The position numbers and the translations under genes were made by a program. The notes beneath the pieces are model-generated. The model saw only the letters and a program-made list of their open reading frames with translations. It ran no database searches and was not told the DNA's origin. Positions 42,061 to 52,386 of a DNA stretch of 64,000 nt are shown here, piece after piece. The stretch spans positions 4,096,001-4,160,000 of the forward strand of contig CBDCDC010000002.1 in the NCBI GenBank assembly GCA_965215195.1, in the 5' to 3' direction. The first letter of the stretch is position 1. Every line of letters starts with the position of its first letter. This DNA is from Candidatus Latescibacterota bacterium. GTDB lineage: Bacteria > Latescibacterota > UBA2968 > UBA8231.

Positions 42061-42884
42061 GTAACTAAACTTTTTTGCGATGCCGTGAAATTTTTCTTGA
42101 CAATGCCCTTACCATCTCAATATATGAAGCCTGCTATTCCGCTCGTCGGAGGACGAACTGGAAGATGATAAGAGATGAAGTTGCCGCCGATAGTGTCTAT
42201 CGCAGTGACTACATCCTGCTTCCAGCCCCAAGATTCTCCCGACAAAATCTTCGTAAGTCGTTAAAAAAATAATAACGTATCCCCCCACTTTTTTCGCCGT
42301 TAGACTACGATCTCCTAGATACATTCAAGGGCCGGATGATCGCTTCGCTGATTTGACCCGGCCGCCGTTGTTGTAGATAGCGTAGAAAATCGACCGTATG
42401 CTGCGAATGGGCCTTGGGATAGCTTTGCATGAGGAAAGTACCCTTGAGCACATCCAAGGCCCCATAATAGGTTTGGCGTTGGCGTCCATTTTCAATAGCC
42501 ACCTCAAGGCGTTGGTCTCGACGGCCCCAACCATAGCCGCAGGCATCAGCCCAGTGTAGATGCGACTCATCGATGAAAAAAGCACGGACGTGACCCGCTG
42601 CGATCTCGGCTTTATGCGCCGTTCGTTTTTTTTATCTCTTCTCGTTGGTCTCGCCCCTGTTGGGGATCGACCTGGGGCTGTCGAGCCTGCGTCTTTTTCC
42701 AGCGATAGCCCGCCTGAGAAAGAATCGCGTAATAGCTTTGCGACGATTTGAAGACCACGCCAAACTGCGTTTGGATATACGAGGCCAACGAGGCGACCGA
42801 AGGCTGCGATTGGGTCGCTAACCACGCATGGATTTGCGCCCGTTGATCGGCCGACAAATACGGCTGCGAGCCTTTATAGCCTAA

Positions 42885-43827
42885 GAGCCTATACGGAAAT
42901 CATGTCAACCGTTCGACGATTTGAAAAATGATAAGCACCGAAGCGACCTGAATGAATGCTTCGTAATGGGTACTCTTTTTCTCCCATCGGACCAACAGAC
43001 GACGGAATCGATTATGCCAAGCATGGGTTCGTTCAACCACCCATCGACGAGCCGGATGTTTCTTTTGCGCGGGTATAGAGGCCTTGTCGGCTTGACTTTT
43101 CGCCAAGTGTAGGTGATAGTCGCGTTCCTCGACTCCTTCAATAACCTCGGCGTAGTCATAGCCTTTGTCCAGACACAGATGGTGCAGCCGATAGACGACT
43201 TTCTTGGGTCTTTCCACGACGAGGCCATCCAACGTCGCCAGTGCTACCGTTTTGTCATGCGTATTGGCTGCGGTTACTTCCACGGCCAGCGGTGCGCCTC
43301 GCTGGTCGGTCAACACCGACCGTTTAGTGCCCTTTTTACCCCGATCGACCGGCGACGGACCGGTCGCTTCGCCGCCCAACGGCGCTTTGGTGATCACCCC
43401 ATCGAGGGCTTGCCATTTCCAAGCAATGCCCACTTGCTTATCATAGTAGTGTAGCAGCGTCTGCCAAGCTCGGAGAAACACGCCTTGTTTCACCCACTGG
43501 CGGAACCGACCGTGGACGGTCGAGCCGGGTGCATAGGCTGCCCGCGGAATGGCCTGCCATTGGCAGCCGCTGCGCAACACAAAGATCATGGCGTCAAAAA
43601 GGACACGGTGGGGTGTGGGCGGACGTCCGACGGTGCCGGGTTGTTTTTCCGGACCCAGAATCGGGGCGATTAGATTCCACAAGGCATCCGGGGTATGCCA
43701 GATCGTGTCCGGCGAATCGGTCTTGGTGGCCATGGCTTTCTTCCTCTTGGTTGAGGGTCAAATGGTACGGAAAGCGTAGGTCGCCAAGACCTTTGTATCA
43801 ACAAAAAATCAATTTTCGTATAGGCTC
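42885..43827 (-). mobile_element. IS5-family (IS1031-like) element, 943 bp
   Basis: TIR GAGCCTATACG(G/A)AAAT; TAA target duplication at 42882-42884 and 43828-43830. Confidence 0.92.
42900..43733 (-). CDS. IS5-family transposase, apparently intact
   Basis: LRSGCQW, ALDG, DKGYD, RWVVERT…NRFRRL. Confidence 0.9.
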   Translation of the reverse strand: MATKTDSPDTIWHTPDALWNLIAPILGPEKQPGTVGRPPTPHRVLFDAMIFVLRSGCQWQAIPRAAYAPGSTVHGRFRQWVKQGVFLRAWQTLLHYYDKQVGIAWKWQALDGVITKAPLGGEATGPSPVDRGKKGTKRSVLTDQRGAPLAVEVTAANTHDKTVALATLDGLVVERPKKVVYRLHHLCLDKGYDYAEVIEGVEERDYHLHLAKSQADKASIPAQKKHPARRWVVERTHAWHNRFRRLLVRWEKKSTHYEAFIQVASVLIIFQIVERLT

Positions 43828-44250
43828 TAAGCGAAAGCAGGCGACCCCCTCGGATAGGTAGCGCTTCTTCCACGTCCGGATGAAGCTCGACTGCACCCCA
43901 AGAATCGCTTGTATCGCACCTTGTTTGATGCCCAACAGCGTCATCTGAACCGCTAATGCTCGTTTCCGTTCCCGGGCGTCGGGATTGCGCGCGATAAACG
44001 CAGATAAAGACGTACCCGAAACCATAGATAACCTCTAAAAAAAGACGAAGCATAGGAAAACATAGAATGAAGATAAAAAAACCATGAAACCTCTCAAGTC
44101 GTTTAGGACTGCTATAGCTATGTGCCGCAGAGTCTATATTATTCGGGCTGAAGATGAGGACTCGGCTTTCATGTGTGCCGAAGTAAATTCATCCAAGCAG
44201 GCAAATTGGGTGGTGGATCGATTTTAGCTATCATCAAAAAGGGTTACATT

Positions 44251-45177
44251 ATGAGATTAATATCAAAAAACTTACTGACGGCCGCTTTGAGCCTCCCGAT
44301 AATCGCACTTGTCGTCCGTTATCTCTTACTGTGGGATCGGTTGCCGTCGGTGCTGGCCATCCACTTCGACCTTCAGGGCGCACCCGATGGCTGGCTAGGG
44401 CGCGGTCTGTTCTTCCTCCTACTGACGGCGTGGTTGGGTGGCCAAGTGGCTATTTTCCACATTCTGGTCCGTCGTTTGGGTACAGCCTTGCTCACTGCGG
44501 TTTCCATGTTGCACTTTACAGTCATCGGTATTCTATGCGCCACGGCGTGGTTCCTCCTTGATTATAACCTCGACAAGACGCCCTTACCTTGGCTCTGGAT
44601 TGCCGCCATTGGCCTCGTCAGTGGTGCTATTCCTGTCCTCCTCATGGCCTCACTGAACAAAGGCGAACGCAAAGGGGCCGCGCTGCCGAAACAGGGCACC
44701 ATCCTCCATGAGGAGATCCACTGTTCTTCATTTCTCCCTGTGCTAACAGGGTCCATATTCGCCATACTACTCGCCATAATGATCACCACTGGCTATTTGA
44801 TTTATCCCTCTCCCTTTGTGCTGCTAATCGTGCTGCTAATCGCCTTTTTTTGTACTGTCGGCATCTCGTCCACGGTGTTCATTGGCTATGGTTTTCACTA
44901 TCGTTTCACCGAGGAAGGTATCGAAGTCAGGCACTTACTGGGAACTTCTCTCGTCATCCCGCTCTCGGCGATTGCGGAGTACGGCACCCAACAATGCAGT
45001 CCATTGAAAGATTTCGGCGGTTGGGGCATTCGCTACGGGCTAGGAGGCAAAGCTTATATTTGGCAAGGGCGCGATGTGTTGAAAGTCAAATACGACAATC
45101 GCATCGTCTATCTGGGCCATCACCATCCCGAATCACTCGTGCGTAAGCTGGACGAAATCATGGAAAGAAGGGCGTGA
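44251..45177 (+). CDS. DUF1648 (SdpI/YfhL-like) membrane protein with C-terminal PH-like domain
   Basis: WDRLPSVLAIHFDLQGAPDGW; multiple TM segments; FGGWGIRYG. Confidence 0.75.
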   Translation: MRLISKNLLTAALSLPIIALVVRYLLLWDRLPSVLAIHFDLQGAPDGWLGRGLFFLLLTAWLGGQVAIFHILVRRLGTALLTAVSMLHFTVIGILCATAWFLLDYNLDKTPLPWLWIAAIGLVSGAIPVLLMASLNKGERKGAALPKQGTILHEEIHCSSFLPVLTGSIFAILLAIMITTGYLIYPSPFVLLIVLLIAFFCTVGISSTVFIGYGFHYRFTEEGIEVRHLLGTSLVIPLSAIAEYGTQQCSPLKDFGGWGIRYGLGGKAYIWQGRDVLKVKYDNRIVYLGHHHPESLVRKLDEIMERRA

Positions 45178-46637
45178 ATGGTAGGTTCCCTTAACGGTAT
45201 CAACCTACTGGTTACCAACAGGTGTCCGTTAAATTGCGTCCATTGCGGATCCCGCAGCGGACCCCCCGAAGGCGATACGGAATCTCTGATTAAGTTTTCT
45301 TTCGAGTTCTTTTTTGCGAGTCCATATTCTAAGAAAAAAGGCGATAACTCGCGATGACTCAACTCAGTTTTTCCGATGCCGCCTACACCTACAAGAAGAA
45401 GCCCCCTCGCAAAGAACGCTTTCTGTCGGAGAGGAACGACCTGTTGCCGTGGGCCGACCTGCTCCAACCCATTGTGAGCAAGTACCCGAAACCCGGTAAT
45501 GGCCGTCGTCCGATCCCGGCTGCGGTGATGGTACGGGTCTATTTCATGCAGCACTGGTATGGCTTGAGTGATCCAGCGCTGGAAGACAGCCTGTATGATG
45601 TCGAATCGATGCGCCGCTTTGCAGGCGTGCCCTTGGATAGCATTCCGGCTGAGACGACGATCTGCAAGTTCCGCCACTTCTTAGAAAAGCATTGTTTGAC
45701 GGAAGCCCTGTTTCGATGCACCGCGCCGTATTTGTCGGAGCGGGGTATGCTACTCCGCGAAGGCACGATGGTGGATGCGACGATCCTTCACGCGCCGGCT
45801 TCGACGAAGAACCGGGACAAGGCACGAGACCCGCAGATGGGGCCTACGAAGAAGGGGACGACGTGGTATTTTGGCCTCAAAGCACATGGGGGCAGTGATC
45901 GTCAGGGGCGGGTGCACAGCGTCGTGGTGACCCCGGCGTCGGTGCATGATTGGGTGGTGATGGACGAGTGTTACACGGCGAGGAACAGGTCATCTATGGC
46001 GCTAAAGCCTATGCCAGGGCCGAACGCAAAGCAGACGCCGAATCGGATGGTATGGAGGGGCGGGGGCTTCGTAAAGCCAGCCGAAGCCGGAAGCTGACGG
46101 GTGCCGATCGCTCGTTCAACCAAAAGAGCAACCGTGTCCGAGCCCGGGTTGACCATGCCTTTGGGGTCATCAAACACCTGTGGGGCTATCGCAAGGTGCG
46201 TTATCGAGGCTTGGCCAAGAACGCCGCCCAAGTCGTTACCTTGTTGGCGCGGGCCAATTTCTATCTGGCGCGTAGAGCATTGGCGACGAGGTAGGGAGCA
46301 GTCCGTCCCGATCGCAGACCGGGACGAGGAACGGGGAGAAGCACGCCTGAAAATAGAGCCATGTTCCCACTTTATAAGCAAATATAACACTCAGAGGCTT
46401 CTGTTTTGTTAAAAAAGATGACTTGACCAGAGGTTCCATACCTTGGTCATTAGAAGATGTCGTCAGAGTACTGGATGCAGCGCAAGCCCGTTCCTGCAAG
46501 ATGGTCAATTTCTCAGGAGGAGAGCCCTTCATCCTCGGCGAGAACTTGGTCAAAATGGTCGCTGCAGCCAGAGCCCGTACTCTTCTCGTTCGCGTTACGA
46601 CAGGGACGTACTGGAGCAGGAATTACTATACAGTACT
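45178..46637 (+). pseudogene. Radical SAM enzyme split by IS5, frameshifted and truncated
   Basis: 45178-45278 encodes MVGSLNGINLLVTNRCPLNCVHCG. After the IS the sequence continues SLEDVV…NFSGGEPFI…VTTGTYW. Confidence 0.85.
45279..46437 (+). mobile_element. IS5-family (IS5 group) element, 1159 bp, with decayed transposase
   Basis: TIR GGAATCTCTGATTAAGT/ACTTGACCAGAGGTTCC; ATAC duplication at 45275-45278 and 46438-46441; tnp 45354-46294 frameshifted near 45970, with GDKAY reading as GAKAY. Confidence 0.9.
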
Positions 46638-47160
46638 CTGATTGCCACCCCTATTATGCTTTTCATCGTTCTTTTTATCTATTCTGCATGTTACCTAGTG
46701 ATGGGCAAATTACCCGGTGGCCTGCTCGGCTACGGCCAAGTCCTATCTATAGTAGCCTACACGGGGCTGATCACCATTCCCCAACAAGTTGTCAAAATCT
46801 GAAAGTCCTCGTCTTCTTGCTGTTGGCCGGTTCGGTGGGGGCGGCGGTCTATTTCAACTTGCGGCAGGAAAAGGCCGAAGCCACCTATGCCACGGCGCTG
46901 GTTGAGCGAGGCGCGGTCGTCGATAAGCTGGCCGAAACCGGCCGCATTGAGGTGGTGGCCTCCGGCCTGTCGTCGTATTCCGGCGGGACGGTACTTTTCC
47001 AGATCGGCGACCCCAGCCAGCTCATCGTGCGCGGCGACATCGCGGAAATCGACATTGGCCGGGTGGATGTCGGCCAAGCCGTGGACATTGTCGTGGATGC
47101 GTATCCCGACACCACGTATGGCGGCCGGGTGCGCTGGATTGCGCCGGTGGGTCAACAGAA
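46638..47160 (+). pseudogene. Mosaic of a diverged Yip1 fragment and two MFP fragments
   Basis: 46638-46798 resembles 40314-40474 (diverged). 46800-46951 matches 40763-40914 and 46949-47160 matches 41353-41564, both near-identical. Confidence 0.88.
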
Positions 47161-47338
47161 TCAACCTACAATCTCCACATGGTGAATGGACGGGCTACCG
47201 GTCTCTTTTTACAGAGGCTGGTAGCCCAAAAAATGGCTTGGTGCCATCTTGTGGCAAGTCGTACAATCCGATAAATTATTCCTACTGAGGGAATGTTGAG
47301 TATCGCGTTTCAAAACTTAAAAAAAGAAGTTAACGCTC

Positions 47339-48124
47339 TTGAAGAAAATCTATACGACGGAAATCTATTCCGAGGCATTCAAAAAATTTGAAAATATACA
47401 ATGTAGGATATTCTCTGTCGTCGTACTAGCCATTTTTATGTTCTTTTTATTTCGCTATTCTATACATATTATATCCACCATATTCGCTTCAAGTGACTAT
47501 CTTCTCATATTGTTATCCATTATTCCTCATGCTCTGCTTATTATGGTTGTAGCCGCATTCGCTAAGATAGAAAAACAGGATCTAACCTGCCAAACACTAG
47601 GGCTATCTCTTCAAATCCCCAAAGAATCAAAACAGTTGGTCGCGTTTTTTATTTTTGTATTTTCGATCGCTGGAGTAGGTATATTGGCCTTTTACTCTTT
47701 TATGAAGTTCCGAGGTATTGATATCCATTTAATAACTTCCTATCCAGTACTAATACCATGGATCGAGGAGGCCGATATAGAGGGAAAATTACGTAACCTA
47801 CTTCTTCTTATAATCCCATACTCAGTTCTCGTCTTGCTGATTGCCCCTTTTATAGAGGAGGCATATTTCACAGGTTTAATTTTTCCTGCTCTGCGGAACC
47901 GATTGGGGTTCGTTTTCAGCTCGACTCTCACGGCTTTCCTCTTTACTTATCACCATTACTCTCCGTTCTCAGAGGGACAACTAACGGCATTTGTCGTTAT
48001 GTTTATATCACAAAGTCTTTCGTTTTTTCTTTATCAGTTTACACGCTCTCTTTATCCTTCTATCGTCTTTCACTCTTTACGCAATATGTCAATCTTGTCT
48101 CTGGAATTCTCAGCCCTTATCTGA
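47339..48124 (+). CDS. CPBP/Abi (type II CAAX) intramembrane glutamic protease, low GC
   Basis: APFIEEAYF, FTYHH, SIVFHSLRN; many TM segments; AT-rich. Confidence 0.8.
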   Translation: MKKIYTTEIYSEAFKKFENIQCRIFSVVVLAIFMFFLFRYSIHIISTIFASSDYLLILLSIIPHALLIMVVAAFAKIEKQDLTCQTLGLSLQIPKESKQLVAFFIFVFSIAGVGILAFYSFMKFRGIDIHLITSYPVLIPWIEEADIEGKLRNLLLLIIPYSVLVLLIAPFIEEAYFTGLIFPALRNRLGFVFSSTLTAFLFTYHHYSPFSEGQLTAFVVMFISQSLSFFLYQFTRSLYPSIVFHSLRNMSILSLEFSALI

Positions 48125-48232
48125 ACTCAGTACTAAGAGGAAGAGACCGCGGTCGCAGTTGGCTAGCCAAAAAAGGGACGACGTTGCTTGGGTACGTCTG
48201 GAACCAATGCACCCCGATCGGCCTCGACGGAC

Positions 48233-49603
48233 CTACCCTAGGCGCAACAGGGTCTGGGGCAGGAACTCGACGGGAATACCTCCCATCTTCGCCGGCGCAC
48301 TGCGGCGGGAGAGGATGCGGCTGTTGGCGTACTTGCCGATCTGTTTGAGCGTCTTGGGCCGCAACTGGCCCGTCCACTTGATTTCCACGGGCCAAAAACG
48401 ACCGTCCTTTACATAGGCGATACCCACTTCGCCCTCGCCTTTGATATAGTAGGTGGGATAGCGACGGCCATAATGGGCAACGGCGCAGGCTTCTACTAGA
48501 GGGCCAGTGCGCTCGGGGTCGGCGAGGAGGGGGCGCACCTGTGCGGTGAAAGGGTCCTGCGCCTCGTGCAGCCAGCTTTGCACGGCGTGGAAAATGAAGG
48601 GATCGCAAAAGCTAATTTTGCGCGCCTTTTTCGGCGCACCGGCCAGCTTGTCCTCGCGCAAGGCCGGCTGGACGCGGAGGACATCCATAGAGGTGAGCAG
48701 GGCGATATAGTCGCTCACGGTAGCGGGATGGTCGATGCTGAGGGTGCGGGCCAAGGCGTTATACGTGGTCTGGGTGCCGTAGCAGCGGACAATGGCGGCC
48801 AGCACTTCGCCCAAATAGTGCTCCTGCTTGCCGCGCTTGAGCATATCGCCGCGTATCCAGTCGCTGTACGTGGCGAATGTGGCCGGGAGGATGCGGCTGT
48901 GGCGGGCCATATCGTTAATGGCGGTGAGAAAGCCGCCGTGGACTAGGTAAGCGAGAAACTCCTCGAGCAGGACTTGCTCGGTCTCGGCGGGTAGCGGCGA
49001 TTTGGGCTGGGCTAATTGCAGCAACTCTTGGCTGCTCAGCGAGTGCTTTAGACCCACGGCCGCGGCAAAGCTCAGGGGATGGAGGTGAAAGTCAACGGCT
49101 GTGGCTTGCCCCCGGCGGCCGGGAAAACGCATGCGTGCCTCTTGGATGACTGCCATGTCCGAGCCGGTCGCAATGAGCACGACGCCTTCGAGCAAGCCGG
49201 CGTCGGCGAGGTACTTGATCCCCTTGTCCCAACCGGCGATATAGGTCACTTCGTCGAGCAGGATATAGCGCCGGCCCTCGGTGGGCATTGCTCGCTGTAG
49301 GGTCAATACCAAGCGCACGAGCGCGTGGTGATCGTCGATGAGTTCGCCGGTGAAAAAGCGCAGACGGGCCGGGTCAAGGCCGGTTGCAAGCAGGTCGGCC
49401 ATCCACTGTTTGAGCAGGGTCGTCTTGCCAATCTGGCGGCCCCCGCCCACAGTGTAGATGCCCGGCTGGTTGCGCGGCAGGTGGTCGAGGAGGGGAAAGC
49501 GATAGATTAGGGGCTGCGTTCGCAGGCGTCTGAGGTGCGGATCGAGGTCGGAAAAGGAGCCATCGAGATGACTATTGTGAATTTGGAATTCTTCTAAGTT
49601 CAT
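48233..49603 (-). CDS. AAA_14 ATPase with DUF4143-like C-terminal domain
   Basis: GGRQIGKTT, LDEVT, TGS, GGF, TVSDYI, RKISFCDP, VEIKW. Confidence 0.82.
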   Translation of the reverse strand: MNLEEFQIHNSHLDGSFSDLDPHLRRLRTQPLIYRFPLLDHLPRNQPGIYTVGGGRQIGKTTLLKQWMADLLATGLDPARLRFFTGELIDDHHALVRLVLTLQRAMPTEGRRYILLDEVTYIAGWDKGIKYLADAGLLEGVVLIATGSDMAVIQEARMRFPGRRGQATAVDFHLHPLSFAAAVGLKHSLSSQELLQLAQPKSPLPAETEQVLLEEFLAYLVHGGFLTAINDMARHSRILPATFATYSDWIRGDMLKRGKQEHYLGEVLAAIVRCYGTQTTYNALARTLSIDHPATVSDYIALLTSMDVLRVQPALREDKLAGAPKKARKISFCDPFIFHAVQSWLHEAQDPFTAQVRPLLADPERTGPLVEACAVAHYGRRYPTYYIKGEGEVGIAYVKDGRFWPVEIKWTGQLRPKTLKQIGKYANSRILSRRSAPAKMGGIPVEFLPQTLLRLG

Positions 49604-49758
49604 TGCTAGCGTATAGTTACATTTATTTTGAAAATTTAGTCAATCGCCTCTGAATAAATCTAGTCAATGCAAATCGGCGGCGCAATTGGCCAAATTAGCA
49701 TCAGCCGAACTCTCGGTGCCGTTTTGGGCTTGTGATTCATCTAACTTATCTTTGACAC

Positions 49759-49882
49759 CTAAGTACACGACAGTAGGGCCTTACCCTCGGATCGAGGGCA
49801 TCTTGCCCTCGTCGAAGGCGGGACGCCCTCGATCCCGGACTCATCGCCCATCAACGACAAGTTATTGGTGTCGTGTAGTTAG
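49759..49882. mobile_element. MITE family C (124 bp)
   Basis: Near-identical to 39853-39976; flanks CTTTGACAC/CTTTGACGC match at 8/9. Confidence 0.85.
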
Positions 49883-49932
49883 CTTTGACGCTTTAATCGC
49901 TGCATCTTCGACCCGAAGGACGAAAAACGCCA

Positions 49933-51162
49933 ATGACCGTTCTCGAACCCCTCTTCGCCGGCTTGGGCCAGCTTAGGGCGCACAAGTTGCGCTCGCTGCT
50001 GACCCTGTTGGGCATTGTCATTGGCGTGGCGGCCATCATTGCTGTGGTGTCGCTGGGGGAGGGATTGCGCCGCCAAGTGATCTCGCAGTTCATCTTCAGC
50101 GGCGGCGCGGGCATGATCGAGGTGGAGCCGCCGCGCCAGTGGGTGCGCAAGGATGGCCGCTGGGTGCGCCGCCCGTGGCAGGAGCACCTGACCGCGGCCG
50201 ACATGGCGGCCATGCAGCGAGAGATTGACGAGCTACACGCCCTCGTGCCCAAAGTCGGGGGCAGCGCCTCGCTACAGCGCGGCAAAACCACCGTGCAGAC
50301 GAGCTATACGGGCACTTCCGCTGCGTTCACCGAGGGCTTTAACTGGCCCTTGACCAGCGGCCGACCCCTAAGTGCGGACGACTTGCGCCTCGCCCGCAAG
50401 GTCTGCCTGATCGGCGGTGATGTGCATAAAGACCTCTTTCAGGAGGCCGATCCGCTGGGCGAGGAGATCCTGCTCAACGGCGACCGCTACGTGGTCGTTG
50501 GCGTGCTCGCCGCGCGCGTCCGCTTTGGCAGAAGCGAGGGCAATATAGTGCTGGTCCCATACACCACGGCGCAAAAGCGGCTGCAGGGCGTGGATCACTT
50601 CTCGGAACTCACGCTCTTCGTCGAGGACTTGGAGGCCGTTGAGCGGGTCGTCGCTGGGGTGCGCCGCGTCCTCCGGCGACACCACGAGCACGGCGACGCC
50701 TTTGAGATAGAAACCAGCGAGGGGCAGATCGACAACGCCAATGAGTTCTTTCGCGTCTTGCAGCAAGTGGGCGGGGGGATTGCGGGGATTTCGCTTTTGG
50801 TCGGCGGTATTGGCATTATGAACATCTTGCTGGTGTCGGTGGCCGAGCGCACCCGCGAAATTGGCATCCGCAAGGCCCTTGGTGCCAAGCCGCGCCACAT
50901 CCTCGGCCAATTCCTCGCCGAGGCCGTAGTCTTGAGCATGGTCGGCGGCCTGTTGGGCATCCTCTGCGGCTTCAGCTTGGGCTTGGGGGCGGCCTTCGTC
51001 ATTCAGCAGTTCGCGCCCGGCTCGCCTTTTACCAGCATTGTCTCGGCTGAGTCCGTGCTCTGGGCCGTGGGCTTTTCCTCGGGCGTCGGCATCTTCTTCG
51101 GCGTCTATCCCGCCTTTCGCGCTGCCCGGCTCAACCCGGTAGAGGCGCTGCGCCGCACGTGA
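49933..51162 (+). CDS. MacB/YknZ-type ABC permease
   Basis: RSLLTLLGIVIGV; [29 protein letters not shown]; PAFRAARLNPVEALR. Confidence 0.92.
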   Translation: MTVLEPLFAGLGQLRAHKLRSLLTLLGIVIGVAAIIAVVSLGEGLRRQVISQFIFSGGAGMIEVEPPRQWVRKDGRWVRRPWQEHLTAADMAAMQREIDELHALVPKVGGSASLQRGKTTVQTSYTGTSAAFTEGFNWPLTSGRPLSADDLRLARKVCLIGGDVHKDLFQEADPLGEEILLNGDRYVVVGVLAARVRFGRSEGNIVLVPYTTAQKRLQGVDHFSELTLFVEDLEAVERVVAGVRRVLRRHHEHGDAFEIETSEGQIDNANEFFRVLQQVGGGIAGISLLVGGIGIMNILLVSVAERTREIGIRKALGAKPRHILGQFLAEAVVLSMVGGLLGILCGFSLGLGAAFVIQQFAPGSPFTSIVSAESVLWAVGFSSGVGIFFGVYPAFRAARLNPVEALRRT

Positions 51163-52382
51163 TCTTTTTCGAAGCCATCCGCATTGCCCTCGGGCAAATA
51201 TGGGTCAACAAGCTGCGCACAGCCCTGACCTTGCTGGGCATGATGATTGGGGTCGGCGCGGTCGTGGGCATCGTGTCCATTGGCGAGGGGATGCGGCAGT
51301 TTGTCATTGACGAGTTCGGCAAATTAGGCGGGGCGCAGTTTGTGATGATTACGCCGCAATACATGCAGCTCAAGGACGGCCGCTGGGTGCCCAATCCCCG
51401 CTATAAGCCCTTGACCATGGACGACTTGCGCGTGGTCGAGCAAGCCTCTGACCGCTTGGCGGCGGTCCTGCCCTCTATGATGCATGGCGCCAATCTGCGC
51501 CATCGCAAGGCCAGCTACCAGAGCCGGGCGGCCGGGACCTTGCCCGAGTTCGCCGAGGTGTACAACTGGCAGGTGGCCGAGGGTCGCTTCCTGATCAACG
51601 CCGACTTAGACAAATTGCGCCGGGTCTGCGTGATTGGGGAAAAGGTGCGCGAGGAAGTGTTTGGCTTGGCCCCCTTTTTGGGCCGCGAGCTCAAGCTCAA
51701 CGGCCAGCGTTTTACGGTAGTAGGCCTCATGGAGGATCGCCAGATCTTTGGCGAGGACTGGGGAGACCAAGTGCTGGTGCCGGTGACGACGGCCCAGCGA
51801 CGCCTCGCCGGCAACAAATTCATCCAAGCCTTGGTAGCCCACGCCGAGGAGCGCGAAGACGTGCCCCACATTACCGCTGCCATTGAAAAGGCACTCAAAA
51901 AGCGCCACGGCCCGGAGGCTAATTATCAAATCATCAGCGGCCACAGCATCCTAGAGCAGGTCGAGCAGACCATTTTGCTGTTGAAGTTGGTCGTGGGTGG
52001 GATTGCGGGGATTTCGCTTTTGGTCGGCGGCATTGGCATTATGAACATCTTGCTGGTGTCGGTGGCCGAGCGCACCCGCGAGATTGGCATCCGCAAGGCC
52101 CTCGGCGCCAAGCCGGTGACTTTGTTGTGGCAGTTCGTGATAGAGGCGATGGCCCTGAGCTTGACGGGAGGAGCACTCGGGGTGGCAGCGGGCTATGGGT
52201 TGGGCGAGGGCATTGCGCGCGTCATTTCCCATTACAGCGAATTGGACTTTCCCAGCATTGTCTCGCCGGAGGCCACCCTGCTGGTGCTGGCCCTGTCCAT
52301 CGCGATTGGCCTTTTCTTTGGCATCTATCCGGCCGCCCGCGCCTCGCGGCTCGATCCGGTGGATGCATTGCGCTCGGAGTGA
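51159..52382 (+). CDS. MacB/YknZ-type ABC permease
   Basis: Same family motifs; GTGA overlap with the previous gene. Confidence 0.92.
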   Translation: MIFFEAIRIALGQIWVNKLRTALTLLGMMIGVGAVVGIVSIGEGMRQFVIDEFGKLGGAQFVMITPQYMQLKDGRWVPNPRYKPLTMDDLRVVEQASDRLAAVLPSMMHGANLRHRKASYQSRAAGTLPEFAEVYNWQVAEGRFLINADLDKLRRVCVIGEKVREEVFGLAPFLGRELKLNGQRFTVVGLMEDRQIFGEDWGDQVLVPVTTAQRRLAGNKFIQALVAHAEEREDVPHITAAIEKALKKRHGPEANYQIISGHSILEQVEQTILLLKLVVGGIAGISLLVGGIGIMNILLVSVAERTREIGIRKALGAKPVTLLWQFVIEAMALSLTGGALGVAAGYGLGEGIARVISHYSELDFPSIVSPEATLLVLALSIAIGLFFGIYPAARASRLDPVDALRSE

Positions 52383-52386
52383 TCTC

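Larger units (their letters stand above)
42352..44114 (-). mobile_element. IS630-family element, truncated and interrupted by an IS5
   Basis: End TA|TAGCAGTCCTAAA near 44114. orfA rejoins in frame as …CFRL|GYKGSQPYLS… once the IS5 is removed. A7 frameshift tract near 42626-42632; orfB FFIDESH…TYYGALD is cut short. Confidence 0.8.

Noticed and set aside
42075-42272. Short ORFs as RiPP precursor candidates (e.g. MIRDEVAADS…)
   Set aside because: There is no recognisable leader or core pattern, so this cannot be supported without homologues.
47192-47233. 15-bp hairpin as an intrinsic terminator
   Set aside because: It is followed by an A-run rather than a U-run and has no upstream A-run, so it fits neither strand; function unclear.
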